Shown piece after piece: positions 12,011 through 24,887 of a stretch of DNA of 64,000 nucleotides. Made by a program: the position numbers and the translations under genes. Below the pieces are notes generated by a model. The model was given only the letters and a program-made list of their open reading frames with translations, searched no databases and was not told the DNA's origin. Where the stretch lies: NCBI RefSeq assembly GCF_011386835.1, contig NC_088801.1, positions 10,168,001 to 10,232,000 on the forward strand, read 5' to 3'. How positions within the stretch are numbered: position 1 is the stretch's first letter; the number at the start of each line of letters is the position of its first letter. The DNA comes from Chrysemys picta bellii. Its lineage: Eukaryota.

Positions 12011-12822
12011 TAGGGTTACCATATCTAACAAATAAAAGAAGAGGACCCTCCACGGGCCATGGCCCCGCCCATTTCCCCACCCCCCAGCCCAGCCCCAACT
12101 CCGCCCTTCCCTGCCCTAACTCCGCCCCCTCCCACTCCCAGCCACGCGGAAAGGGCTGCCCGACCGCTACCGGCTTCACGGTTTGCCGGGCAGCCCCCAG
12201 ACCCTGCGCCCCCAGCCGGCGCTTCCCCAGCGCAGCTGGAGCCCCGGAGGGGAAGCGCCCAGCCGGGGGCGCAGGGTCTGGAGGCTGCCCGGCAAACCGT
12301 GAAGCCGGTAGCGCTTGGGCTTCGGGCAGCCCCCTTGCCTCCGGATCCTGCGCCCCCAGCCGGGCATTTCCCCTCCCGGGCTCCGGCGGCGCAGGGTCCG
12401 GAGGCATGGGGGCTGCCCAAAGCCAGTAGCGCTCAGCTCTTAAACAGAGCCGAAGAGTCGGGGAGGAGCAGAGCCGCCGCGGCCGGAGGCTCTGCTCCTC
12501 CCCTGACTCTTCGGCTCTGTTTAAGAGCCGAGCTGCCCGAGCGCTACCGGCTTCGGGCAGCCCCCTTGCCTCCGGACCCTGCGCCGCCGGAGCCCGGGAG
12601 GGGAAGTGCCCGGCCGGCGGCTGGGGTCCGCAGGCAAGGGGGCTGCCCGAAGCCTGTAGTGCTCGGGCAGCTTGGCTCTTAAACAGAGCCGAAGAGTCAG
12701 GGGAGGAGCACAGCCGCCATTTTCCCGGACATGTTCGGCTTTTTGGCAATTCCCCCCAGACGGGGGTTTGAGTGCCGAAAAGCCAGACATGTCCGGGAAA
12801 AAGAGGACGTATGGTAACCCTA
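12011..12822. mobile_element. Non-autonomous hAT (Blackjack/Tip100-like) element with GC-rich internal repeats
   Basis: Perfect 13-bp TIR TAGGGTTACCATA / TATGGTAACCCTA; 8-bp TSD CATGCTCC / CTTGCTCC. Confidence 0.9.
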
Positions 12823-14875
12823 CTTGCTCCCCCTTGTATCAGGAGCTGCTACCTCTCCCAGGCTTGCAACTCTGCCTAGGAATGAAGGAATTAATGTCTT
12901 CATCGGGAGGTTTATAGACTCCTCAGGATAATCATCGTTGGAAAGATGCCTGCCCTGAAATTACAGCATAATGCTCTCCTTGATTAAACCTAAAAGTCTG
13001 GTAGATAAAAATCACTAAGAATATTCATTTCATCATTGACTTCAATGAAGCTGTCAGGACAACTCAACTACTCAGGCAAAGTTTCTTTTATCAGACTTCT
13101 CTTGTTTTGTAAACTCTGAATATTTCAGCATTTCTTACCCATGATATTAGGAGTCAATTTTCTATGGGGGTATAAATCCACTAGGTGCAAAGGGACCATT
13201 GATTTCAAGGGGAGTTCGGTACCCAAATACATTGGAAGATCTGGGCTTTAATCGCTGTGCTTTGGTTTCCCACCTTTAGAATAGGGATAACAATATTTCC
13301 ATTCTCCCACCTTTGCCTCTCTTGTCCATTTCAGTTGCAAGTTTTTCAGGACAGAACTGTCTCTTACTATATGATTTTTTTATAGTGTTTAGCACAGTCT
13401 TAGTTGCAATGTATAGGTACAACTGTAATATGAATAACAACAATAATGCATATGCATGTAGGTGCACAACCGGGTCTGCATTTTTTTAATATAAACCTCT
13501 GTTGTCCTGCTTTGCTAATTTTGCACCTATATAATCTACTACTGAGCACTGAAATATCAAACTGGAGATGGGTGAAGAGAAGAATATACCCTTTTCCTGA
13601 AATTGAACAGAAATACACATAGGATTATAGTCTCCTGTAGGCGTCCATGTGTCATCCCATTAATATAATTTACAAGAGTGCTGTACATTCCATAGTATAT
13701 AGGGCTAGTCCTTAATAAACACAGATAAGAGCATTACTCTTACACACTACTCGTCTTGAGCTATCTATCCTGTTATTAAACAAAGCTAGAGATGAATATA
13801 TTAGCCTTCTTTTTATCTCTCTAGATAATTCTGCAACTCTGCAGTAAATGCAAATATTTGAAGACATTACGACACATTTAATACAAAAGAAATTGGTTCT
13901 GTAAAAATAACAATTGTTTTCCTTTTTTAATCTAAAACTAGTCTCTTTTAGAAAGATCTAAGTGATGCCGGCAGTCAATCAACCTCTATGATTTGGGCCC
14001 TGACTACTTGATTAGAATAACTTTAAGGAAAATTGCCTTTCTGAATCAAATCTATGAACTTGAAGAAACTGCTTATCTGAGAGTTTAGGACTCAAAACAC
14101 AGTCCGGGCCATATTAGACAAGGCCTCCTTGAAAATGTGGGGTAAGGACAAAAAGTAATAAAGTCTCTGTCATAAGTTCAATCAATCAGATCTAATATAA
14201 GAGAGAAATTATCCTTCTGACTTTACTATTCTTAGATCTTCTATTTGTTAACAATGGGAAATGTCAGGAATGTGGAAAACTGGTTTCATTACCTTGAATT
14301 ATTTCTAGATGTTTTTATCTTGGAGAGAATGAATTTTAATCGCTGACTCTGTACAGCTGCGTATCAGCCAAAACGTATTCATGGCTGAATATGATACTAA
14401 GACATTCCATGATGAAATTATCCACTGACTTATAGTTAGAGATAAAACTGAAGGAGAGATGGAGAAAATGTGCTCTGTGCATTTTACTTCTAATAAGGAT
14501 TATTTTCTCTAAACATAAGGTCCAGTCCTGCAAGTTGCTAAGCACACAAAACCTTATTTAGATCAATTGGATTTATACATCTCAGGAGACCACCTACACC
14601 TGAAAGTACTGGGCCCAAATTTGGCAAGACCAGATCGACTCATGGCTTGTGCTGGCTTCCATTAGTCCAGACCCAGGTGAAGGGCATGTAGAAAACCACA
14701 GATGTGTTTAAAGAGGAAGAGCTTTTAAAGATAATAGCTACAGCCACCCACAAACAGGTTTCTACACAGCATGAATTCCAGTTTTGTCTCCTGTGTTTAT
14801 CCAAGGACCACATCCTGCCTGGAACTCTTTACAGCACAGAGAGACACCTAGTGGGTGAATTATATACTACAAGTA

Positions 14876-14999
14876 TCAGAGTAGCAGCCGTGTTAGTCTG
14901 TATCCTCAAAAAGAACAGGAGTACTTGTGGCACCTTAGAGACTAACAAATTTATTAGAGCATAAGCTTTCGTGGGCTACAGCCCACTTCTTCGGATGCA
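14876..14999 (-). mobile_element. Short Penelope-like element pLTR insertion
   Basis: Same sequence as the arms at 10629-10886; 8-bp duplication TACAAGTA (14868-14875, 15000-15007). Confidence 0.88.
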
Positions 15000-16976
15000 T
15001 ACAAGTAAACATTATTACAGGGCACAAGTGACAGAAGGACCTGGGGGAGATTGTGCCAACACATTCCCAGAATTGGACAGCGCTGGTCATGGAAGGGGCA
15101 TCATCCCTGTATGCTCTTCAGGAGTCCCTGGTGAAAATGAATGCTGCCTTTTCTTGCCAGAACACCCAGGCTCAGTGTGTGGTGAACCATCAGCTGCCCT
15201 CCCTGAATGACGGAATTCTTCACCTGCAACACAGCAGCCGGTGCTGCAACTCGCCTCTCCCTACGCTAGCTCGTAGTTGGTACATCCATCCCTTTTTGCA
15301 AATGCAGCTGAGCTCCACTTACCCGACTGCCTAGCAATGGTTTCCTCCAAAGGCACCAGTTTCAAAAGATTGCAAGCGCCCCACTGGAACTGCCACTATC
15401 TGCATGTGTTGCATAACATGGTATCACACTCTGCTCAGACAATGGTTTTTGCAGTTGCCGGGATTGGCAGGTGATGGGCAATCGAGGGAAGGAACGATCA
15501 GATCAGTGGTTAATCGCTGTCTGCAGGATTATCCTGACAATCTGTGGAGGATTGTTACCCTTCATAGTAAACGGAGGACCTGCTTAAAGATGAATTAGGA
15601 AATCCTAAGGAGCCAAGGTCAATGGAGTGAATTTGGCTTTCGATGCCCTGCTTTAACCTTCTGCCACCCTACCAGTGCTGATGGTCTGAGAGTGCTTTGG
15701 CAATTAAAAGACAGAGAAAGGGTTGTTTAAGCACTTTGATCACAAGGAGCCTGCTCCCATTTCAGGCAATGGTAACACACCCATCATTTCAATGGAGCAG
15801 GATGGAGGCCTGCAATTATAGGCATAAGATAACAGATCTAGTGACTGATCAGTCGCTCACTGTATTTTAACTGGAGATGTTTTGTGGATTGTCTCTTTAA
15901 AATAACTGGATTCTGCACTGATCTCTAACCCGTCGGGTCTATGGAACTGCTTGTGCTAGAGGCCTGATCCTGCAAACACGAATGCAGGTGCTTAGTTTGT
16001 GCAGAGGAGTAATCCTGTTTTGCTCAAAGGGGCTGTATGTGCAGTAAAGCTAAATGCATGCATTAGTGTTTGCAGACGCCCAAGTTAGCACTGGGCTTGG
16101 CCCATTGTGTGACGGAGCAACGTTGAAATAATGCAGCTGAATTCTGTCCTGGGGCATGCACACAGGGAGCTCCCTTCAAGCCCCACATGCAAATCTGGGG
16201 GCCTTAAATTTGCCAAGTCCCTGATGTAATCTTATAGTGCAGGGACATGGATGGCACTTGGCTGAAGCTGCTGTAACGGGGGGATGGTTATTTCTGGGAG
16301 AAGGGCAAATCGAATCAACCCAAAGCCAATTTGCGAGAGGCTATAGAACAGAAAGAGGCAATGTGAACACATGGGAAAGGTTGCGCACCTTTAACTCCCA
16401 TTGGCATCAGCGGGACTTGAGGGCGCTCGGCCCCTTGCAGGATTAGGTCCATGGCAGTGAGAAAGCAACAGGAAAGGACGGATATATTTTGTCCTGTCTC
16501 TCATTGACTTCAGTGTGGGTAGGTTTCCATCCCAGGTATAACCATAACGCTGCCGTATGCTGTGTACACCTCCATAACATGAACTGGGTGGCTTGAGCTC
16601 CGTGGCTGTTTACTGAGGCCAGTATTTTTAAAAGGGGCCTCTAATTTTTGGTGCTTCCATTTTGGGGTGCCTCCAACTTTGAGCCCCGAGGGCCTGATTT
16701 GCAGAGGGGCTGAGCACCTCCAGTTCCAGCTGGCGTCCGTGGGAGCTGCGGGAGCTCAGGCCGTCAGAGAGCTAAAACTGGGAAGCTGAAAAATGGAGTT
16801 ACCCCCAAATTACAGTTCGCTTCTGAAACCGGGGGAGGAAGATGTTATGAATTCCACTGGATGAAATCGTGTGCTGCCTGGCTCTCTGGATGGCAATGCA
16901 GACAGGGGATGGTGTGGGAGGGGTGATGAACTCTGCAGGAATGGCAGTCCCCAGGATATAGAGAGGAGCAATTAGG

Positions 16977-17697
16977 CATCATTGGTGATCCCTCGATTCG
17001 AGGATGATCTCTACCACAGATTTACAAATGGGGCCTGAAATGACTCAAGAATCCGATCCTGGAACCGCAGAGCTGCCTGCAGAAGGTACAGACATTTCCT
17101 GGCGGGTCAGTTGCCGTCTGGGAGAAAGTTCTTTCTTTTTCCTTCCATCTCTCTCTCTTTTCAGCTTTGAGGGCAAGGCGCTGCTCCTTGAAGTGGGCCA
17201 CTGACTGGTGGAGGAAGTGGTGCCATTGGGGTCAGTTGGTGGCTTGCTTCTCCCAACTTGTGATGTTCACATGAGTTTTCTTGAGATCCGCTTTCACTGT
17301 GTCTTTGTAGCGTTTCCTCTGACCACCACAGGGTCTCTGACCATGTATGAGCTGAGAGTAGAGGGCTTGTTCTGGGAGACGAGAGTCTGGCATCGACACA
17401 CAATGTCCAGCCCAGCGGGGTTGGTGCACAAGGATCATTGCTTGAAAGCTGGTGACGTTGGCCTCAGTGAGGATGCTGGCATTAGTGCAATGATCTTCCC
17501 AATTGATGCAAAGGATCTTCCAGAGGCATCGTTGGTGGTACCTCTCCAGACTCTTGAGGTGCTGTCGATAGGTCACCCAGGTTTCGCATCTGTAAAGGAG
17601 TGTAGGAACAACAATTGTCTTATAGACCTGGATCTTGGTGTCCAGCTGAAGGTCACGGTCTGTGAAAATACATCGCAGCAATTTCCCAGGCACAGCT
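16977..17697 (-). mobile_element. 5'-truncated RTE-clade LINE (ORF C-terminus and 3' end)
   Basis: ORF 17232-17693(-) reads TKIQVYKTIVVPTLLYRCETW...LERYHQRCLWKIL...RWAGHCVSMPDSRLP...GGQRKRYKD, typical of RTE; downstream CxxC..RIGFLSHFRPH zinc-finger-like end and a short 3' UTR. Confidence 0.9.
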
Positions 17698-17994
17698 GAC
17701 TGACAAACAAATGATAAAGCTGTGAATCAGCTCAACCATTTCCTTATCTCAGAAACATTTTTGGGATCATCCATGTTGTGTGACTCTTGCAGATTGCCCT
17801 AATAAAACACCGATTGTACAATAATAACTAAGATTAAAACAACAAACTATGTGCTGAAATTCAGAGATAACATCCGCTCTGGCACAGCAAAGATTCTGAA
17901 ATTCTTTGTGGCGTACATCAAGTACCCTGGCATGTGGCACTCTTTAGAAATAAAACGATTAATGATCCTATAAAGGTTGCATGCAAACTTCGTA

Positions 17995-18210
17995 ATTACA
18001 CAGCATCTTTTATCTGAGGATCTCCCGGATACTTTATAGACATTAACGAATCAAACCTTTGAGCCCTGCCGGAAGGTAGATAAATGTTGTTTTCCCCAGT
18101 TTTATGGATGGAGAAACCGAGGCACAGAGAGTTGAAGGACTTGCTCAAGGATGTGCAGCAAAGTCAGTGGCATAGACAGAATAGAACCCAGGAGTTCTGA
18201 CTCCAAGTCT
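17995..18210 (-). mobile_element. MIR/CORE-type SINE
   Basis: Core ccccagttttatggatggagaaaccgaggcacagagagttgaaggacttgctcaagg. Confidence 0.75.
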
Positions 18211-18809
18211 TCTAACAAGTAGGAAACAAATCCTCCCCCACTGCATGATAAAATCTACTACACCCTGGGTTTCCGGTGGCGGAAGGAGAGCTGGCTCGTC
18301 ACGTGATGCCAACTCTCCTTGTTTCCAGCTTCACCTCACTGAAGAAGAGCCTGTAAAATGAGGAGGAGGGGAAACCGAATCTATGTTGGGGACTGAAGAC
18401 ACCAGTGAGAGAAGGGAATCAGGCAGTCAGCTGCAGGTGCATGGGGGAAAAAAGCATCCTGGACAGCATGTTCAGGGGGGAAGAGACCCAGAAATGGGAT
18501 GAGGGGAGAGGGGTAAGAAGGAAGATGAGACAAATTCAAGCGCAAAAGTAGACAAATTGCTTAGCCTTTTATCATTGCAGAGACAGCATAAACACATCAC
18601 TACTCTCGCAGTGCTACTCCACCACGTGAGCAATTGTTGTGGTTGTTACAGGGAAGTTAGGTCCTTGCATCCACGCTGTGTGTAAACTTGCCGATTCTTT
18701 CTGCATAGCATCTCTGACATAAGGCCTTTCCTAGCCAGCCACGCAGCTCAAACTCTCGTCATATCATGTCTCGGTTTCTGCAACATTCCTTTCTCTGGCC
18801 TTGGGAAAT

Positions 18810-19448
18810 GCAGTCTTGTCCCGCTCATCTCAGAATGCTGCTCCAAAGATGATTCTCCTAGCCCATTGCTTTGACCCCTCGCTTTGCTTCCCTCCACTGG
18901 CTCCCCTTTCTCTATTGCATCACATATAAACCGGGTGGCTTCACATCCAAGGCCCTTCATGACCTAACCCCACCCTACCTAGCATCTCTCGTTCGCTATT
19001 GAAATGTTGACTCCTGATCGGCCCATGGCATCAGCCTCCATCATCGCCCACTTGTTACATTTTCAAACAAGAACCTCTGTGTTTGGTCCCATGCTGCCCC
19101 TCATGCTTGGGAGATGCTCCCCATAAACATCCTCAAAGCTACCTCATTGGCCTCCTTCAAACTCTCCTATGCCGTGATGCCTACAAAAAAATGGACAATG
19201 GTTCGGCTGCTGGTGTGCTGAGACCAGCGCCTCTCAGGCTGCCCAATACTGTTTCCTTGTACTTCACCCTCTGTCTGTCTCTCTGCATCCATCTGTTGTC
19301 CCTGGTTTTAATAATTAAATTGTCAGCTCTTTGAGGCAGGGATTGTCTTTTTATTTTGTGTTTGTACAGTGCCTAGCGTAACAGGGGCCTGGCCCAGGAC
19401 TAGGGCTCCTAGGAGCTATGGGAATACAAATAATTATTATTGTATTAT
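18810..19448 (+). mobile_element. L2 LINE 3' part
   Basis: ctccactggctccc...aaggcccttcatgacct...attgtcagctctttgaggcagggattgtc...tgtacagtgcctagc...aaataattattatt. Confidence 0.75.
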
Positions 19449-19642
19449 TTGATCATGAGTGGGTGTGGAAGTGGGATTGGCCTGATGGCAAATGGGAGGG
19501 GAGGCCCCATCGCCAGTGACATTGACAAATGGATTTGGCCAGTTATTAGAAAACTTTGTGAAGGGAACAGTCTTGCAGCAGCCCCAGGCAGGTGGACTGG
19601 ATTGGATCTCTAATAGGTGTTTCCCATTTTTGATTGGTCTGA

Positions 19643-19916
19643 GGCCTGGTCTACCCGGGAAAGTTAGGTTGATATAGGGTGTGAATTTTTCACACACCCC
19701 CCCCCCCTCCCCGAGCACTGTAGCTCTACTGAACTAACCCCTGGTGTAGATGTGTCTGAGCACTGAGAATTCTCCCAGTGACCTAACTCCAGCTGCTTGG
19801 GAAGGTGCATTACCTACAGCAATGGAAAAACCTTTCCTGGCGCCATGGGACGCATCTGTGCTACAGTGGCATAGTGACAGCACCATAGCTGTAGCACCTG
19901 TCCTGTAGACATGGCC
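19643..19916. mobile_element. PIF/Harbinger-type MITE
   Basis: TIR GGCCTGGTCTAC / GTAGACATGGCC; 3-bp TSD TGA/TGA. Confidence 0.75.
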
Positions 19917-19961
19917 TGATTTCCTCATTCCAACTTTAGGTACGAACAGGACAGTTTACGT

Positions 19962-20192
19962 CAGTGTTCTCAAACTTTTGTACTGGTGACCCCTTTCACA
20001 TAGCAAGCTTCTGAGTGCGAATCCCCCCTGCCCCCTTATAAATTAAAAACACTTTTTTATATATTTAACACCATTATAAATGCTGGAGGCAAAGCGGGGT
20101 TTGTGGTGGAGGCTGACAGCTCGCGACCCCCTCCCCCTGTAATAACCTCGTGACCCCCTGAAGGGTCCCGACCCCCAGTTTGAGAACCCCTG
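19962..20192. mobile_element. Non-autonomous hAT (Charlie/MER5-like) MITE
   Basis: TIR CAGTGTTCTCAAACT / AGTTTGAGAACCCCTG; TSD GTTTACGT / GTTTACAG. Confidence 0.82.
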
Positions 20193-21859
20193 GTTTACAG
20201 CTTGTTTCTAGTTGCTGTATAATCCAAGCCACGCTGATCTCAAGACAGAAAGAAATACAGGCTGTTGTGTATGTGCACTGACGAAAGTTTAATGCCCCTA
20301 ATCTGTTAGGAGCCTAGAAAAAAATGTTCAGAATGTGTTATTTATATCCTTATAAGTCAAACTTTAGGCTTATTTTCTAATAGATTGTCTAGCTCACTTT
20401 CTGTTTTCCTTATCTCATCTCTCCTTTTCTTGCTGAAAACCATCAGTTTGCCGCTGACCTTACTTTTACTTTTCACCTCATAAATGTTTATTGATCTAGC
20501 CAAGATGTGATTATATTGGAAAGGTGTGCTGCATCCCAGAAACTGTTACAATGTGCCCTGCATTACCAAAGGGGATGTAGAGGAAAGGAAGGCAAATCAG
20601 GACAACTGAACACATGTTCTGAAATGTACACATTCAAGGGACGGGGCAGGTTCAGGCAATCCAAACTGAAGATCAAGGGCCTGAATATTCACTGATTTAA
20701 ATGACCCTCAATGGAACCTTGGAATAGAATAACTAATTGTGAGAGTCTTTTCACAGACTTCAGCAGGCTTTGGATCAAGCCAGTATAGATCATCCCACAG
20801 CGCAAGGCTTGACTTCATATTTGATATGTCCTAGACGAATGAAGTGCTGCTCGAGGGAGAAACGGAAAATCAGGTGAAATTCACTCCTGTGCTGAGGACC
20901 TGCACTAGATCTAAACACTAACTGAGTCCTACTCTGTCCTACTGTTAGAGCTGGGTGGGGAACAGTTTTCCCATCCTGGGAAAATTTTGGTGATTTCAAA
21001 TACATTTTCCCATTCTGAATTGGGAGAGGGGTGGAGGGGAGGCAGTCAAAAGCTTGAAAATTGTCATGACCCAATGATTTGAACAAATGTTTTGGTTCTG
21101 GTCAAGCCAAACATTTTATTTTGATAATTTTAAAACATTTCATGTTTATTTGAAATTTTTTAAAAAGATGATTCTTACAACAAATTAACTTAAATTTCAA
21201 AACAAAAAGTCACTTTGAACCAAAAATCAGAACTTTTTGTTTAGATGATGTCAAAACAGGTGGTGTAGACAATTTCAAAACTTTTATCAAAATGTTTGTT
21301 TGAAGCAGGAAGTTCCTCCAAACGGACCCTTTCCGACATTGGCATTTTTAGATGGAAAACCATTTTGTCATAAATTTTCTGATTGGCTTTGCCACTTAAA
21401 TCATGGTCTGAGAGCACATGACTTTACAGCTGAGTCTGCGCTAACTTACTCCAAGGGCTGAATTAGACCCCAGGGTCAGGGGAGTACAAAAGTGTCTTTA
21501 TTTGTATTGATGTAAAGCCTAGAGGCACCGTCAGGATCAGGTCTACTGTGCTATGCACCGTACTCAACACATAACAGACCGTCCCTGCTGCGAAGAGTTG
21601 GGAGAAAAGTATGAGAGCAAAGAAGGAAGGAACGGAAGCTGAAAGCTCTGCAGAAAACCCATTCTACAGTAAGTTTAAAATTGGAGGCACCTCTGAGCAA
21701 ATCTTTGAAGGGAAAGAATTGCAATAGCAGGCAAACAGAGGAAAGGCTGAAAGGGAACATTTGTACTGGTGAATGAAGAGAGGAAGAAACTCAACCCCAG
21801 CCGCTTTCCCCTGTCTCTCACATGTCATTAGCACTATTTGTTACCATAGGCCCCAATCA

Positions 21860-22870
21860 GGAGCCCGTGTGCTTATACTGGGGAGATAACTCCCTGCCTT
21901 GAAGAGCTTACCATCAAAGGCCTTGATATTACAAACACTGAAGCACATGAGTAACTTTATCTCTGTGAGCAGCCCCGTTGGATTTCTTCTCCTTTCACCA
22001 CTACAACTTTTACCTTTCACCCTTTCCTTTTATTTTCCTTCTATCCATCCTGATCAATGGAGGTCAATGGAATTATATAAAGTTACGTACATGCTTAGGT
22101 ATCTGTGGGATCAGGAACTAAGAAGACAATTGCCACATGACAGAGGAAAAAGAGGGAAAGCTATATCATACAGACAACAATTGTACATAAATATTATGTT
22201 CACATAATCATATTGAAATGATTATTCCCTCCCCTAAGCCTAGACATTGTTTGTTAGCAGATCTCTTATAGGCTTGGCTGGTAGCAGTGAGCCTTGAAAA
22301 GGGATTTGAAAGAGGAGAGAGGGGTGAGTTGATGGATCAGTTCAGGGAAAAGTGTTCCATACAGAATGGAAGAAAGGGCACAGATATTTGTAGTACCAAT
22401 GGACAAAAAGATGGTGGAGGCTGGGCCCGTTGGGAGACTGGAGTGGACATGAAGGATGCAATCATAGACAAGAGCAGAAAAGTAGGGCTGGGCGGAGCTG
22501 TGAAAAGTCTGTAAGAAGAGGGCAAGAAGTTTGAATATAATATGGTGGAAAAAGGGTAAATCAGCAAAGAAGGGGAACTGGGGTAATGAGGTTACAGTGA
22601 TGGAGGGAAAATCCTAGCAGCCATATTTTGAATGGACTGGAGGACTGGAGTCAGGCTTGGGAGGCCGGAAAAGAGGAGGTTGTGAAAATCAAGCTGGGAG
22701 ATGTTGCTGATGAGATGGGCTAGGGGGAGGAGGAAGAGAGGACAGGATCATGGACACTCAGGGCAGGTGAGGAGGGTGTGGTCAGCAGTGTCAAAGCAGA
22801 GGAGAGCTCAAAGAGGATGAGGATGGATTAGAGGCCCTGAGATGTGGCAACAAAGGGGTCATGAGAGACC
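21860..22870 (-). mobile_element. Old L2 LINE fragment
   Basis: Purine-rich stretch with L2-like motifs (ccctgccttgaagagcttac; gagccttgaaaagggatttgaaagagg; gatgtggcaacaaaggggtcatgagagacct). Confidence 0.6.
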
Positions 22871-23828
22871 TGTGTTTCACATCACTGCTCAGCCAACTGA
22901 GCTTGGCCACAAGCCATTCCCCCTTCATTTGACTGTTCAAAAATGTGTCTGGAGAAGGGGCTATCCCCTATTGAAAAGCCCTATAGACTAGAATAGAAAG
23001 TGATAACCTTTCTATTATAGGGTTTTTGAAAAATAAATAATTATAAATCAACCCAATAAAATTAGATTCTGTTTATTAAAATTCCTATTGTCCAGTGTAC
23101 ATTGATAACTGTGGATTAGCAAACTCGCATCGTTTTAAGTATATCGAGATGTTTGGGTCATCACTGGAGGATGGTAGCAGCTCATGGGCGGGCAGGGAAA
23201 GACAGGCACTCATTTCTCTGTAGGGAAATATTGTGGCTTCCCTTTAGAGGTTAGTTCAGGGGAAACATGAAAGGCAAGTAAAAAAATTGTGCAAAGGAAT
23301 TGATTTGTTTATAGGATTCCTTGTTACATTAAGGTACGGGAGGTGAAGAAAGGGCTCTGTGCATGATGAATGGGGCATCAATTTAATAAAGGCTAGTACA
23401 CCAGATGCAAGAAGAGCTTAGAATTAAAGTTGGCCTGTTAAGAGTTGATGAAGCCCCTCTCGGAACAGAGTTAACTACTGTTGCATGCACTCAGGTAAGG
23501 CCAGATCTGCAGCTGCTGTGTACTGCAGTAGCTCCTTCCAAGTCAATAGGGCTATGCTGGTTTATGCCAGCTGTAGATCTGGCCCTAAGTAGTCTTGGGT
23601 CAAAAGCCTGTTCCCTCAACAGCATAATAATCCTATTTAACACCCCCGCCTCCCGCCACAGCTGAAACTAAATGTGATTTCTCAAGAATATCTACCGTGA
23701 AAAACATAGGGAACATTATGACTATAATTTACCAATAGTCTACATGTGTGGCCTATCCATGCTTGATTTTCTGTCTACAGAAGTTGAGAATAAATAACTT
23801 CAGCTCCTCTTGAAAGTGAAAAATCAAA

Positions 23829-24164
23829 ATACTCAAAAACCAGTGGGAGAACACTTTAACCTGTCTGGTCATTCAATGACAGATCTGCGGGTGGCTATTT
23901 TACAACAGAAAAACTTCAAAAACAGACTCCAACGAGAGACTGCTGAGCTGGAATTGATATGCAAACTAGATACAATCACAGGTTTCAGAATAGCAGCCGT
24001 GTTAGTCTGTATCCGCAAAAAGAACAGGAGTACTTGTGGCACCTTAGAGACTAACAAATTTATTATTCGCATATGCATCCGATGAAGTGGGCTGTAGCCC
24101 ACGAAAGCTTATGCTCTAATAAATTTGTTAGTCTCTAAGGTGCCACAAGTACTCCTGTTCTTTT
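23829..24164. mobile_element. Rearranged Penelope-like element insertion (GIY-YIG segment plus inverted pLTR pieces)
   Basis: ORF 23810-24085 contains QKPVGEHFNLSGHSMTDLRVAILQQKNFKNRLQRETAELELICKLDTI; then an antisense pLTR end (23980-24064) and a sense pLTR (24070-24165); 12-bp duplication TGAAAAATCAAA (23817-23828, 24165-24176). Confidence 0.88.
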
Positions 24165-24489
24165 TGAAAAATCAAAGACTGTCCAATGGCATTTTATTGG
24201 TGACTAACTTGTCACTACAGTAAAGTGAAACATTAACAAAAGTTAAATAGATAAACAGGATCGCTCAGCAAGATTAATTTTCAGCAACGCAGGGCTGGGA
24301 TCACACAGAGCACAGGAAATTGCAAACATGGCAAGGGAGAAAGGTACAAAGGAAACAGCAAAGAAAAACCAAACTGGTGAGAGATTTTATATTTGTTTTT
24401 CTTGCTAATTAAAAAAAAGACTGAGAGAGAGAATGCAAAGAAAATGCTGCTGAGTCTAGCAGGATAGGGTTTCTTTCATCTTTGTTGGC

Positions 24490-24605
24490 TATGGGGTTTA
24501 GTGGTTAGAATGTGGGTCTGAGGCTCAAGATTCCTGGGTTCTATTCCCGACTCTGCCATTGATACACTACTTAGCCTTTGGCAAATCACTTAACTTCATT
24601 GAACC
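24490..24605 (+). mobile_element. MIR-type SINE head
   Basis: ggtttagtggttagaa...cctgggttctattcccgactctgccattga...ggcaaatcacttaac. Confidence 0.65.
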
Positions 24606-24804
24606 AGATCTTCAGATAGTGTAAATCAGTGTAGCTCTGTTTCAGTCAATGCAGTTATGATATTTCACATCATCTAAGAATCTGGCCCTCTGTATTTCAG
24701 TTCATCTGGAAATTTACTCTTATAAAAATATTTGGATCCAAGGTTCCATAGGGCGCTGTATTATTATTGCCTTAGGAGGAGACAAATTAGTACTTAAGAG
24801 TAAT

Positions 24805-24887
24805 TAACCATTGGAACCATTTCCCAAGGGTTGTGGTGGAGTCTGCATCAGTGGCAATTTTTAAATCAAGATTGGATGTGTTTCTAA
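24805..24887 (+). mobile_element. CR1 3' fragment
   Basis: taaccattggaac...aagggttgtggtggagtct...aatttttaaatcaagattggatgt. Confidence 0.7.

Noticed and set aside
11794-12790. Several long ORFs (up to 273 aa) on both strands
   Set aside because: They lie in the GC-rich hAT MITE 12011-12822; low-complexity A/P/G/R translations arise from stop-codon scarcity
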